Of a stretch of 47,946 bases of DNA, positions 13,713 to 27,569 are shown piece by piece. Under the pieces are notes generated by a model. The model was not told the origin of the DNA. It was given only the letters and a program-made list of their open reading frames with translations, and did no database searches. A program made the position numbers and the translations under genes. The stretch comes from Paraspadella gotoi (Eukaryota > Animalia > Chaetognatha). Location of the stretch: assembly GCA_051294375.1 (NCBI GenBank), contig CM119263.1:4851412-4899357 (forward strand), in the 5' to 3' direction. Each line of letters starts with the position of its first letter. The stretch's first letter is position 1.

Positions 13713-15551
13713 GTTGTACGTTTATTTTAAACTCTTCGAATTTTTTACTTACTACTTTGTAGTTTTATAATTCGAATTTTCGAACATTATTTTGGACAAT
13801 TAAAATTTCATTTTTTCCTCGCAATTCAATAAGAATAGTTTTTTTCGCATTTTTAAGGCAAACGATTCCAGTTTGGCAAAGCACGTAATAAAAAAAAAGC
13901 AAATTTAAAAGATAGACTTGCCAATGAAAATAAAAATAGGAAAAAAGGAAAAGATTAATACTTATTAGCGTCCACGGAATAAAAATAAGGGAAAGGAAAT
14001 CACAACGAAGCCGAAAACATTAAGGAGAGAAAACCAACAGTAAATCAAAAAATAAAAAGGGGGACAGAGAGAGGAGAGAGAGAGAGAGAAGAGAGAGAGA
14101 AGAGAGAGAGAAGGAGAGAGAAGAGAGAGAGAGAGAGAGAGAATGAAGAGAAGAAGAGAGAGAAAAACAACCGAGAGTGAGGGGGAGCAGGGGGAAGGGG
14201 GACAAGAGAGGAGTAGAGAGAGNNNNNNNNNNNNNNNNNNNNNNNNNTGACGGGGAAGATGAAAGAGAGGAAGGTGGAGGAGGAAGAGGAGGAGGAGGAG
14301 GAAGAAGAGGAAGGAGAGTCGGATAAGGAGGATAACGTATTGGATAAATCAACATCCGAAGTTAAGAAGATTTTCATTGAAAAGAATTCAGTGTCGAAGT
14401 CACCAAATGACGACGACGATGACGATGACGACAACGATGACGACGATGACGACAACGATTTTCTGCTCCCTTTATTCTTTATTTTTAAAAAAACTTTTCG
14501 TGAAAAGAGGACTCGGCGCAGAGAGAAACAGACTTACTTTTTGTACTGTGACTTTACGAGCTGGTCAGTTACAATCTAAGGTTCATGGTCCATATATATG
14601 TAAGAAATCATAAAAAGAAATAATCATGGAATTGGAAACCGCGACTTTGCTGACGACAGTCGCGCTTGTTACCTATGTACCTTTGTACGTTTGTTATGGA
14701 AATAAGATTGTTTTTGTACAACTTTATATAAAAAAAATGGAAACAAAAGACCAAATGCTTACAATATAAATGTTCCTTTGTTTCTAAATACAATGCATCT
14801 TTGTTTCTCTTGCCCCTTTTTGTATACACACTGTTTCTATTCAAAAACAAAAAAAGGAGAAAAAAGTTTTCAACCTTTTATTAAAAAAGCCTTTATTTCT
14901 CATCGCAATGTTATTAATACAATAATAAATGTAGCCAAAAAATTTCGTCAGCCTTTCAGCTACAAATGTTGAGCCTGAAAGTGAGAGAAATTTCCGACCT
15001 CATAAACGTCACAAGAGGCGTCTCTGCCAAGACATATATAAATCTATATAAATATATATAAAAAGTAGACTGGTATAGAAAACTCAAGTCTCTCTCTCTC
15101 TCTTTCTCTCTCTCTCTCCCTGTCTTTCGCTACCTTACATAAAGATATTCATTTCTACTCAAACAAAAGGCCCGATGTCGATATATCGATCCGAGCTTCG
15201 CGATTTTGACACCAGATGCTTCGCTTTTCCGAGAAATATTTTCGTAAAACTTAAAATCGACGCCATTTTATTTTACTCTTCGAATTTTTATTATACTTTG
15301 TAGTTTTATCGAATTTTCGTATTTTTGACATTAAATTTCATTTTTTTCTCGAAATTATAAATAGTTTTTCGCTATTTTAACAAACGATCCAGTTTGCAAA
15401 CACGTATAAAAAAACAAATTTAAAAAAAAATAGTCACTCAATGAAAATAAAAATAGGAAAAAAGGAAAAATTAATTTAGCGTCAACGGAAAAAAAGGACG
15501 AAACAAAGAAGCGAAAAACATTAAGAGAGAAAACAAAGTAAATCAAAAAGG
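12582..15551. repeat. Tandem duplication: copy 1 ~12582-14062, copy 2 ~14248-15551, separated by (AG)-rich DNA and a 25-N gap
   Basis: Collinear identity throughout, e.g. GAAGATTTTCATTGAAAAG, GTGAAAAGAGGACTCGGC, GTGAGAGAAATTTCCGACC, AAAATCGACGCCAT. Differences are dominated by 1-2 nt indels. Confidence 0.92.
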
Positions 15552-15906
15552 NNNNNNNNNNNNNNNNNNNNNNNNNNNNNNNNNNNNNNNNNNNNNNNNN
15601 NNNNNNNNNNNNNNNNNNNNNNNNNNNNNNNNNNNNNNNNNNNNNNNNNNNNNNNNNNNNNNNNNNNNNNNNNNNNNNNNNNNNNNNNNNNNNNNNNNNN
15701 NNNNNNNNNNNNNNNNNNNNNNNNNNNNNNNNNNNNNNNNNNNNNNNNNNNNNNNNNNNNNNNNNNNNNNNNNNNNNNNNNNNNNNNNNNNNNNNNNNNN
15801 NNNNNNNNNNNNNNNNNNNNNNNNNNNNNNNNNNNNNNNNNNNNNNNNNNNNNNNNNNNNNNNNNNNNNNNNNNNNNNNNNNNNNNNNNNNNNNNNNNNN
15901 NNNNTA

Positions 15907-15942
<36 letters not shown>

Positions 15943-16225
15943 AAATACATTTTCTGATATAGTATACTAAAATAACATAGAAAAACTAAAGCATATCACT
16001 AAAGCATATCATTGAAAAATGAACGGGATCTATCTGTAAACACTGAAATTGTAAACTATGTATATAGTTAGTCCAAATTGTAATTTTATTGTTAATTTAT
16101 TTTACATTTCATTAAATAATAGGTACATACATATATATGCACAGCTCATTAACCATTGTATTGTTATTGAGTTAAACTTTCATATTTTGAGCATAATAAA
16201 TTAAAATTAAAACAAAAAATATATA

Positions 16226-16268
<43 letters not shown>

Positions 16269-16509
16269 TTCTCTCTAAATCGACCAGACCTGGTCCCAGT
16301 CATCCTTATTTTTCCCGCGCTTTTCCTTCCATTCTTTCCCTTTTTCCCTTCATTTTCTTCACTATTCCAAGTTGGAGTCCAACTAAGCTTCCGTTTTTCC
16401 TTCAATTTTTTTCTTTTAATTTCTCCATTCATTTTTTTTCTCCCCCAAGTGACTTCGAAAGAAGAGGAATTAATCACCTCCACAATCATACCTCTTCTCA
16501 CACTAATCT

Positions 16510-16785
16510 AATCCCCTCCCTTTAATTCCACACATCTCCCTTTTAATCCCCTCCCCTTTAATCCCTCTCACCCTTAATTCTCTACACCTTCTTCACTCCT
16601 AATACCACCTCACGCCTTTACCCCTCCCCTTTATTCTCCCCACTTTTCCCCTCCCCTTAATTCCATCTCTCTTTTCCCCTCCCTTTAATTCCCCTCTCCG
16701 TTACCCCTCCCCTTAATTCCTCTCTCCCCTTTTCCCCTCCTTTAATTCCCCTCTCCTTTCCCTCCCTCTACCCCTAATTCCCATC
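16510..16785. repeat. Degenerate pyrimidine-rich minisatellite (CCCCTCCCTTTAATT core)
   Basis: Recurring CCCTTTAATTCC motifs at ~20-35 bp spacing. Confidence 0.7.
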
Positions 16786-19700
16786 ACCAAAACCCACTCA
16801 TCCTCACTCTATATTTCCTATATACAGGGAATTATCTTCCTCTCCCTCATCTTCTTCCTCCCTTCCTTCCTTTTTTCTTTCTTCCTCTCTCCAGGAACTC
16901 CCCATCCTCCCTTTCTCTTCTTCCTTCCTCCTCCTTCTCCCTCTCCTCTCCTCCCTCTCTCTTCCTCCCTCTAGAGAATTCCCCTCTCTTTCTTCTCTCT
17001 CCTCTCTCCTCTCCTTCCTCCCCTTCTCCCTCTTTCTTCCTCCCTCTAGGGAATTCCCTCTCCTCCCCATCTCTCCCCTCATCCTCTCCCGCCCATTACC
17101 AAGAGCCTCGGAATTCAAGTCATTCCATATTCATTCAAATTTATGCAAAGAACGAGATCTCTCCCTCCCCTTTCTCCCCCCTCCTCCTCCTCCTCCTCTT
17201 TCTCCTTCTCAGTCTCCTCTCTGTTTTTTTTTCTTATTATAGCGACGGTACATCTTAATCAAGCGCGTCGTACGTCGTTACGTCGTTTCGTCGTCGTCGT
17301 CGTCGTCATTTCTTCTTCGTCGTCGTCGTTCGTCGTCGTCGTCTTTCGTGGTTGGAGTAGTTTTTTTGCCCTTGTCTTGTCGTCTGTCGTCGTCGTCGTC
17401 GTCGTCGTCGTCCGTGGTTGTAAACAGTAACGATTTTTCACAATTTTACTCGTATATAAACCATAAGAAAGATTCGGTTTTGAGAGAGAAACAGATGATT
17501 CTTCTTGTTGGAAGCATTTTGGAAAAAAGTCTTCAACAAGACTTTTGCAGCATCCATGGGTAAGTTTGTGTCCCTCAAGCTTTTTTGCAGTAAGAATCGG
17601 AATAGCAAACGTTCTAAGCTTCTTTCGGTTGCGGCGAATAGCCATACGAAATTCCTTTATGACAACAATGAAAAAAATGGACGTAAGCGTTACTGTTACC
17701 GTGGCATAAAAAAATTCACTGTTCAATATTAATTATACTTTATTTTATTGTTTTGAAACGTTATAGTTTTCATAGCGTTGATATCCAAAATATCAATTGC
17801 ACGAATTCTTTCTTTTGTTTTTTTAGGAATATAGACTGAAACTATAGGGTGAATGATGATAAAATTTTTTTTAACAAGTTTTAGTTATTTCATTAATTTT
17901 ATTCATAGAATATGTAATAGAAAAAAAAAATGAAAAACAATAATAAGTACTAATGTTAGTGATTATGTCTCAAATAGATGGAGTAAAAAACACCTATTTA
18001 AAAATTCGATCGGGAAGTGGGGTAATAAGGCCTTACCAATTGGCATCTTCCACGCGCCGATTGTTCTCTTCCAAATAAATTTCTTTTTATTAATACAATT
18101 AGAAGGGAAAAGAAAAAATTTGAATGCAGGTTGCCAGAAGGGTACAGATAATCTGGAAACTTATTGACATGATAACAGATCATGACATTTATATCTTGTG
18201 AAATGTGATGGCAGTAAAGAAATCTAAAAAAATTTCATCAATTAAGTCAGTCAATGAACCCTTTCCAATGGCTATACGAGAAATATTTTTTCTAATCTAA
18301 AATGGAATGATAATAATAATAAATTTAAATTCTTGCTATATTTAAAAAAAAAATTATCCAAATACAAATTTAATCACAATTGAGTCTTGCTTTGTCCAGA
18401 TATGTTACCAGCATACTATAATTTTTTATAACTTTATATGATAAACAAGCAGAATGTGTCAACGCTTTTGAGTTGCATGTTAAAGAAATGAAAAATTCAT
18501 ACGATTTTTTTTTCATCAGACAAGAAGTAGATGTCCCAGACTGTTATAATTCAACCTGCAAAACATTTGTTTTGTATTCATTTTTAATATTTTTAAAAAT
18601 ACATGTTATCATCCAAGCTACACAACTAAAATTTTTGCTTGTTTTTTACTTTAACTGAAGAAATACTATAAGCAAATCTTTATGGTAATAAAAAAAATTT
18701 ATAATAAAAAAAAAAATGTATAATTCGGTCTTTCCCTTTTTTAAAATTAACAAAAAGGAAAAAGAAAAACTATTTCATGATATGCCTTCATTGAAATTTT
18801 TAAATGCAAAAACACTGTTATACTTTAACTCTGATATTAAACAAAAGCTGTGTAAAGATATTATGGATTTAATTAAATAAAAAACTTTTTTTAGAAAGTG
18901 TATGTTCATGCTATTTTAAGGCTTATAATCCTTGATTACTACATCCACCTTGCATACCTCTTCTTTCAAAAGTTATTTTAAAAAATAACGTTTATTAAAT
19001 AACGCAGTACAAATCTTTGTTAAATAAAAATTTACGCAAAGCGGAGTATTCTCACTTATTTCTACTATGGTACAATACTTATAAATTTCAAATAAAACTT
19101 GAAGAAAATTTTTTGTCATTTAGAGACATATCACTTTCGGATGTAACCCAATGTATAATAATTTATTATATATTATTTCCCCCAAAAAAGCCTAATTAAA
19201 AAAGTTAAAATTTTTTCAAAATTGTTGGAAAAAAATTTCATCCGACCTATTGCTCATTGAGAATAATGTTTTGCGATAGAAAATCAAATATCAAAAAATT
19301 AAAAAATCAGCCCTCTACGCAAAAATCGAAAAGGCTAGAGGCTGATTTTTTAGAATTGCAAAATTTTTTTCCTGACTTCATTATCTGCATTATTCTCAAG
19401 TTTCAAAATATTTTTTTCCAAAATCATTCCATCAATTTTTTTTTATTAATTTAAAATAGTTTTTTATGATGTTGTTTTTGTTTGAAAGAATGAAAAAAAG
19501 TGAAAAAATATAGTAATTATAAAGTTTTTGAAAATACCTTAAATATTAAAATAATTAGACACAAGGGGAGTAAGCAGAGAAAACTTCCCATTCATAAAGA
19601 AATGAAATGAATTTGTCATATTGTTATTTAGATTAATTGACTAATTACAAACAAATGATTCATATAAATTGAGGAAATGATGGGTAAAAAAATATTCATC

Positions 19701-20099
19701 ATTGGTCTCCTCGGTTATAACTATTAGGTATCGTTAAAGTTTTGTTTTAATAATATTAATATTTTTTTTGCATTTATAAAAGCAATGGTCTAAAATTTTG
19801 TAAGCGTTTTGAGCTATATTGCTTCATCTTTTTTACTATTTTTGATCTAGTTAGCTTTTTGTTGATGGTCAAGGTTATGGTCAGATACAGTAATGTCCAG
19901 TAGTTGTCTTATCGCGCATATTACCAAAAGTAATGATCAATTAATTTGGCTCAGAAACATTTTAAAGGGACAAAATCAGCACGAGACCGATTTCGCCACG
20001 TTATTTTTCATTGTGTCTTATACTTTATAACTTTTATATTAAATTATTTATTAAAATTTTTCATGAATAGTAGGGCGTAATGTAATAAAATAGCATGTT

Positions 20100-20180
20100 A
20101 ATGCTCCTTAAATGCTGCAAAAGAGAATGCTACATCAATGCTCCTTAAATGCCGCAAAAGAGCTGCTACATCAATGCCGC
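20100..20180. repeat. ~37-bp tandem repeat, 2+ copies
   Basis: AATGCTCCTTAAATGC(T/C)GCAAAAGAG..TGCTACATC occurs twice. Confidence 0.8.
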
Positions 20181-20469
20181 AACGATGTTGCTCTTAAGCG
20201 GAAATCCAGTGAACCCAAAACTTTCTTTCTTCATCGATTCATTTCTTTTTTTTCCATTTTTCTTCGTCAAACGGAGAGAAAGGATTAGGAAGGGTGTTGC
20301 CTTTTTAAAACGAATACGTCACGTGATTCAACGTCACCTCGGTTTTAAATTAAACCCAACTTTCAATTCACATAGTCTTACCTTCAACATCGCGTCACCA
20401 TGAGAGTTCAAGATTCTCCCGATTGCTTCCGCTGTGATTCCCCGCTTTTTTGTATTTGTCCCCATTCAT

Positions 20470-20690
20470 TCTCCCCTTTCAACTTTAAAATACCTTTCTC
20501 CTTCCCCAATCAATTTTAAATCTCCTTTCCCCTTCCCCTCTCAACTTTAAAATCCCCTTTCCCTTCCCCTCTCAACTTTTAAATCCCCTTTCCCTACCCC
20601 TCTCAACTTTTAAATCCCTTTTCCCTTCCCCTCTCAAATTTTAAATCCCCTTTCCCCTTCCCCTCTCAGTCCCCACTTCCCCTTCAATTC
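20470..20690. repeat. ~31-bp minisatellite (CCCCTTTCCCTTCCCCTCTCAACTTTTAAAT), ~6 copies
   Basis: Directly visible tandem units. Confidence 0.85.
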
Positions 20691-21789
20691 CGAACTGAAT
20701 CCCGTTCGCTCATCTTTCATTCGATTCCGAAGCGGAAAAGGTTGTCCCACTTTTTTTTCAACGAGGACCCGTCTCGCGCTTTTTTTTAAACGAGGCTCTT
20801 TAACATGCATTTTTTCAATGAGGCCCCGTCACGTGCATTCTAATACCTCGTTACGTTTAAATTCTGGGTTAAGTGAGATGTGAAACTAGAAAAGACGATT
20901 CACTACTTTTGTAGTGGTTCAGTAAACTAGTTTTAAATATTTTTCTTTGTCTGATTGTCATATATGAACGATTTCATTGTTGTGGATGCTGTATTTTTTC
21001 GCGTCCGGAAATTGGTTGATGTCCTCTCGGTAAGCCGCAACCAAGACTCTGATTGTTTTGTTTGCCATGCGCTCTTTGCTTCGTGCTCTTTGCCTCGCGC
21101 GCCATTGCCTCCCTCTCCAACCCCCCCCCCCGAAACTCCCCCCTTCCTTCCGCTTTCCTCGATACTTTTTGGTGGGAAGGAAATCGCAGCGTCCATGTTG
21201 GGTAATTAGGGCCCCCGCGAGCATAAAATTGGCTGTCAGGTCGAAAGAAAAAAAATAAAAAGAAAGAAAGAAGAATGAAATGTATATAACAATCGGGATG
21301 AAGAAGAGAAAAGAAAGAAAAAAAGGGAAATTGTGTAGTTAAAACTTAAAAGTAGTTAGTATAGATAAGAAAGAGGAAAAAATGAAAGAAGCCGTAAAAT
21401 GATACATAATTATTTGAAGAAAACGTAATGTTCAAATAATAAATAAAAAAAGGGAAATTATTTTATTCTATGATGATTAAATTACGAAAAGATAACAAAC
21501 GGATTTTTTTGTAAATTAAAATTAATGAAGAAAGTCCTAGAGAAAATAGGAAACGTCAAAAAAAATAAAAATAGGTAAGTTTAAAAATGTAAACGAAAGA
21601 GAAATAAAGTGAGTTCATTTTGGAACATAAAGAAAAGAGTAAAAAGGATGAGAGTCAGGTTCGGGTGAGGCAGGAGAAAATGGAGCTTAGAGAGAAGGAG
21701 CGGTGAAAAAGGAGCTGAGATGAGAAGCAGGGAAAAGGGGGAAAGCGAAAAAGGGAGGAACAGGAGTCGATTCCTCGGTCATGGGTGAA

Positions 21790-21822
<33 letters not shown>

Positions 21823-22402
21823 GGAGGAGGAGGAGGAGGAGGAGGAGGAGGAGGAAGAAGAGGAGTGTAGGATTAATTTTTTCAGTTGCGGGATGGAATG
21901 GGAACCGAAATGATAGAAATGGAAAGAGAAAAATAACCTTTTGTGGTTGGGAGTCGCGATGAAGGGAACGAAAAAGGGGAAGACGATTGGGGAATGGTGA
22001 GGGGAGGTGAGGGGAAGGTGAGGGGAGGTGAGGGGAAGAAGAGGGGGAGAACGACGAACGTTCCCCTTCGCAATTCGTGGGATCAAAGTCCACCGGTGTC
22101 GTTGTTGTTGTTGTCGTTGTTGTTGTGTTCGTTGGTGGAGATATTGTTGCGATCGTCTTTCATAGATGTAATGATCTTGACTACATCATAAAAAAAACGT
22201 GATAAAAACGCTACGTCAAAGTTGTCAATGTTTTTCACCATCAGTGCCTATGCTTTTCTCCATCAATAGAGAAACCTTTCTCCATCAATAGCAAAGCCCT
22301 TCGCCATCAATACCAATTCCTTTCAATCGGGAATCGGTGTTTACTCAATGGACCTATGGTTGGATAAGGAAAGGAAAAAAACTAGCGCGATAGATTATAG
22401 GA

Positions 22403-22497
<95 letters not shown>

Positions 22498-22507
22498 AGA
22501 GAGAGAG

Positions 22508-22549
<42 letters not shown>

Positions 22550-23382
22550 CCCCGGAGTTCTTAAATCCATCAGACTTTTTTCTCTTCCATTTGTTTGTGC
22601 CCTTTTTTCCCTTTATTAACCTGGGACGGTTTCGAATTGGCTCAGTATTTTTTACGTTCACCACCGCGCGCTGAATTTTCATTGGGGACTGGAAGGAGGA
22701 GCGCGTGGGCGGTGGAAGAGGGCAGAGGGGTGAGGAGGGACCCAAACTATTTGGAATTCATCATCGGTTGTCGTTTGTATTCATTTGAATTGAAAGTCTG
22801 AATGTGGATAGCAGTTTAGTTCCGTAAGCAACATTCACATACAAAATCATAATTTCGTTCACAATCACATTTTATTTCACAATTTCGTTCACATTCACAT
22901 ATAAATTCACAATTTCGTTCTCAGTCACAAGTACTCACTGCTGTCCGTGGTGGATATTCTTTGAGTTTGCCCGTTGGAAGGCGATTTTGGCGAAGGGGCG
23001 GGCCAGTTCACTTTGATTGGCTGAAAGGAGGAAAAAGGGGGCGGGAATTGATTTAATTTGATTGGTTGAAAAAACAAAACGGGATTTGATTGCTAGTCAT
23101 TGGTAGAATATATTCAAATTATGATTACAATTATTGATTGGTTGACATGAGCTAGTTGGCTTATTGACAGAATAGAACTCATTGACTGCATAGAGCTTCG
23201 TGGCTAGTTTGCCGATTGGTTGAAATGAAGTGATTGGATGAGGTCAGTTGATTGGCTGATTGGCTGATCTTAATTGAATGATTGAATTCAGCTGATTGAT
23301 TGAAAAAAGAAAAACGAATTCTATTGATTTGATTGGTTGAACCAACCCATGAATCAGTTGTTGATTGACACTTTCTCTCTCT

Positions 23383-23424
<42 letters not shown>

Positions 23425-23763
23425 CTCTCATCTCTCCTCCTCTCTCCTCCTCTCTCTCTCTCGCTCTCAAAACGGACTTCATTAAGCCAATTTGACTCTC
23501 CCCGCCCTCACCATAAAAAACAAAAAAGAAAAAAAGATTGGAAAGAAAATCTTCGATTAAATCGAAATCAAAAGAGATGAATGGAATTTTGATGTTGAAT
23601 CGCGATAAAAGGTTATTTTTAGTTGTTCAGTTTTATAGTTCATTTAAAACTTATATTTAAGTATTGTACAATGTACATATAAGTAATTCTTTAAAGGGAT
23701 AACTTGAATATCAATTTCTCTCTCTCTCTCTCGTCTCTATCTCTCTCGTCTCTCTCATCTCTC

Positions 23764-23809
<46 letters not shown>

Positions 23810-23900
23810 ACCTTTTCGATAAAAACGGCAAAAAGACGAAGTGAGAAGATTAAATTTCGCAGAAAAGAAATGGAGAGAGAGAAGGGAAGGCATTGAAAAG

Positions 23901-23974
<74 letters not shown>

Positions 23975-24456
23975 CCAATGTCTCCAAAAACGGAAAGGAT
24001 GAAACAGAAAGAAAGAGAAGCGACGAGGTTAGAGTTGGAAGATACTGATAAGGGTCGGGATGTTGGGGTTTAGGGGTTGGGCTTTGGTGAGCGGTTTGGG
24101 GTAAGGGGTTGGGGTGAGAGGTTGGGGTTTGGAGTTGGGTAGGGGTGGGTAGTCGGTATGGCTCAGTCTGGATAGACAGAGGAGAAACTGTAAAAGTAAA
24201 GGGAGAAAGGGAGACGAGGCGAGTCGAAGCGAAAGTAAAAGTGTAAAATTGGCAGATCTAATAATAATTAGGACATGATATAATTAGCTATGCAAAGTTT
24301 TTCCAATGATTTAATTTACGTGTTAAAGAATTTCATCCATAACAACGACAATCACAACGAAACAACAAAAAACAACAACAACAATAAGAAAGAAGTTTTT
24401 CGACTTCCAAGTTTCAGCTTCTCAACTTCAGATGTTTCAGTCTTTCAGACTATAGG

Positions 24457-24533
24457 ACCACTCCGACGCCCACATTGACCACTTTCCGACCACTCCGACG
24501 CCCGCATTGCCCACTTTCCGACCACTCTGACCC
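24457..24533. repeat. ~32-bp tandem repeat, ~2.4 copies
   Basis: ACCACTCCGACGCCC(A/G)CATTG(A/C)CCACTTTCCG repeated. Confidence 0.8.
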
Positions 24534-27384
24534 ACAAAATCGTCCATCACCACAACCGCTAATGCATTAATCGTATTTCCACAGGCGACCTTGCTATTCT
24601 AACATATATCTCCTTTCTTTTTAGCCCATTTTTCACTCCGCCCTCTAAATCCATCTCACATTCACACACAAATACCCACAGACCTACTTCCCCACACCCT
24701 TACCTTCAGACCACAACCCCCCCCCTAGCCGACAGAATCCACTTCAGCAGCCGGAATTTTTCAATTTATGGTGACTTCGGTAGAAATGATTTATCGGCGA
24801 GAGTCGGGGGCTGAGAGACGAAACCATCCGTTATTTTAACAAGATCACGTGACGAGGATGGATTCGACCAATGGGAGGGCGAAGAAGGGAGAGGTGGATG
24901 GAGGGATTGGCCAATCGGGGTTGAGGATGTGACGAGATCACGTGATGGGGAAACTAGACGATGGAATCAACCAATGGGAGGGCGGGGTGGGGCGAGGTGG
25001 ATGGAGGAATTGGGCAATCAGAGGTTAGGAGGAATTGAAAAAGAAAAGTTCGAGAGTAAGAGAAAGGGAGATGGGCAGAGAATTGGCCAATCAGAGGTTA
25101 GAAGATGTTGAGCGGGGCCAATGGGATAGCGAGAAAGCTCGATGATGGTTGACCAATCAGAGATTTATGCGATCAGGAGAGCGAGAGGAGGAAGGGGATA
25201 TGTAGGGAGAAGAAGGGGACATGTAGGGAAAAGAAGGGGACATGTAGGGAGATGGGAGGAAGAGACTAAACAAATTTGGAAAAATGGGGGACAGGGGAGA
25301 AGGGGGAAGGCGACGACGATGACGACGACGATGATGATGAATATGTTTTCCCCGTTAATGATCATCGTCATACGGACGAATGGACTAGTTGAGACGGACT
25401 GAGAGAAAAAAGGAGAAATTAGGTTTAAAAAAAACCGGGAAAAGTCAAAAAAGAAAAATGGAAAAAAAAAACACGGAAAAGATAAGGGATTGAGATGAGT
25501 GGGAAGAGGAAGAGGAGGAGTAAGAGGAAGAGGAGGAGGCGATAAAGACCAACTAGTTATGCAAACTAAGAATCCTCAAGAGGACGACTGTAGCGTCGAC
25601 TGCTGCAGTAAAAGAACCAAGAGAATAGAATAAAAAAAAACAGGGAGAGAGAAAAGACAACGAAATTCACGACCGGGGGAGAAAGAAGAGGAGGAGAAGG
25701 AGAAGGAGGAGGAGGAGGAGGAAGAGGAGGTGGTGGAAACTGTATTCGTTGGCGATTGTAGATGAATTGAATTTTGACAAAAAAATTCTTGAAAAGGTTT
25801 CAGCCTAAGAAAGCTTACAATATTTATATCTTCGTCTCACTAAAATTATACTTTAAGCGAAATTTACTTGGAAATATATAGGGGGTTAAAGAAGTTAGCT
25901 TAGCGCCTTATCCACATTATAAAACCGACGTTAGAAAAGATCACGAAAAATTTGTGAAAAAGAAAACATTATGAACGAAAGTTATAAACGTAAGTAAAGC
26001 GATTTATTTTTTAAAAATTTAAACATTGAAATTGCAAAAAATTAATTTGCATATTGCAGGAGCGCGAATTCTCCTTCTATGCCCTCTTATAGTTGATGCT
26101 ATTTTGATGCATATATTAATAATTAATATTAATCATTGCCTTTCACTTTATTTTCTTTTCTCCCGAAAAACTTTTCTTTCATTGACATCTAGTTTCATTA
26201 TTTCCTTTCTAAATTCTCAGTCAGTCAGTCATTCATTCAGTCATTCAGTTTCTCCTTCCCTTTTCCGCCATCTACTTTCTAACACTTTCCTTTTCTTTTT
26301 CCTTTTCCTTTTCCTTCCCTTCTCCTTTTCCTTTTCCTTTTCCTTTTCCTTCCCTTTTCCGCCTTCTACTTTCCAACACTTTCCTTTTCCTTCTCTCCTT
26401 TCTCTTTCCCCCCTCCCTCTCCCTCTTTTTTTCTCCACCCCTGCCTATCTACCATCTCCTTCTCCTCTCTCTCCTCTCCCCCCTCTTCTCCTCTTCTATC
26501 CACTTTCCCTCTTTCCTATTTTCCTTTTTCCTCTCTTTCATCTCCTTCCCCTCTCTGCTATTTCCCCTTCCTCTCTCTCCCTCTCCCCCTCTCCTATCCA
26601 CTTTCCTTCTCTTCCCCTATCCCTCTCATTTCCTACTTCCTATTTTCATTTTTCCTCTCTCTCATCTTCCTTTCCCTCTCTGCTATTTCCCCTTCCCCTC
26701 TCTCCCTCTCTCCCCTCCCCTTCTGTTTTCGACTCTTTCCGACTTCTCTCTCTCAAAAGAGCTCGACTTTTTTTTTCGTTTCTTTTCAGGTGTAAATGTT
26801 TCTTTCGCCTGAGGTTATATTTTTTTTCTTATGAGAGGTGCGCGGCACAGTGATTCGGACGAGAGGTATTTGACACAGTGATTCGTGACGCCTGAAATAT
26901 AAACATTTTTAAAAGAGATTTTATTGAGTTACCTGTGTGTTTTGTAATCAGCGAGGATAAAATCTAATACACTTGTTTTTTGATTTACTTGAAAAGAAAA
27001 TTGATAGTTTTTTTATTTATTTAAAAATAAAACGTTAATATCTCAGGTGCGTCCATTAGTTTATAACGCGTATCACCCCTTCTTTCCTCTCTCTACCTCC
27101 TTGGTAACTCCCTTTCCTTCACACCATCTCTATATTTCACTCTCTATCACTTCCCCTCCTTCTCTCACTCTCTATCACTCTATCACTCCATCACTATCAC
27201 TTCCCCCTTCTCACCGTCACTCCCCTTTCCGACCGCATGAATTATCCTACTTTAGACGGAATTATGAGGCAGAGAAATTCTCGGCCGAACCGATTTCCTT
27301 CTCGACCTAATGACTCGCGGGATCATTAAGCAAAAACTGGCTTTTCAAAGAGTAACTTTTGAAGAGGGAGAGAGAGGAAAGTGG

Positions 27385-27462
<78 letters not shown>

Positions 27463-27502
27463 GGAGATAGGTAGGGGAGAGAGAGGTGGGAGCAGAGAGA
27501 GC

Positions 27503-27569
<67 letters not shown>

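Noticed and set aside
19300-19352. Hairpin AAAAAATCAGCCCTCTA / TAGAGGCTGATTTTTT
   Set aside because: Real inverted repeat, probably internal to an old DNA transposon, but element ends could not be defined.
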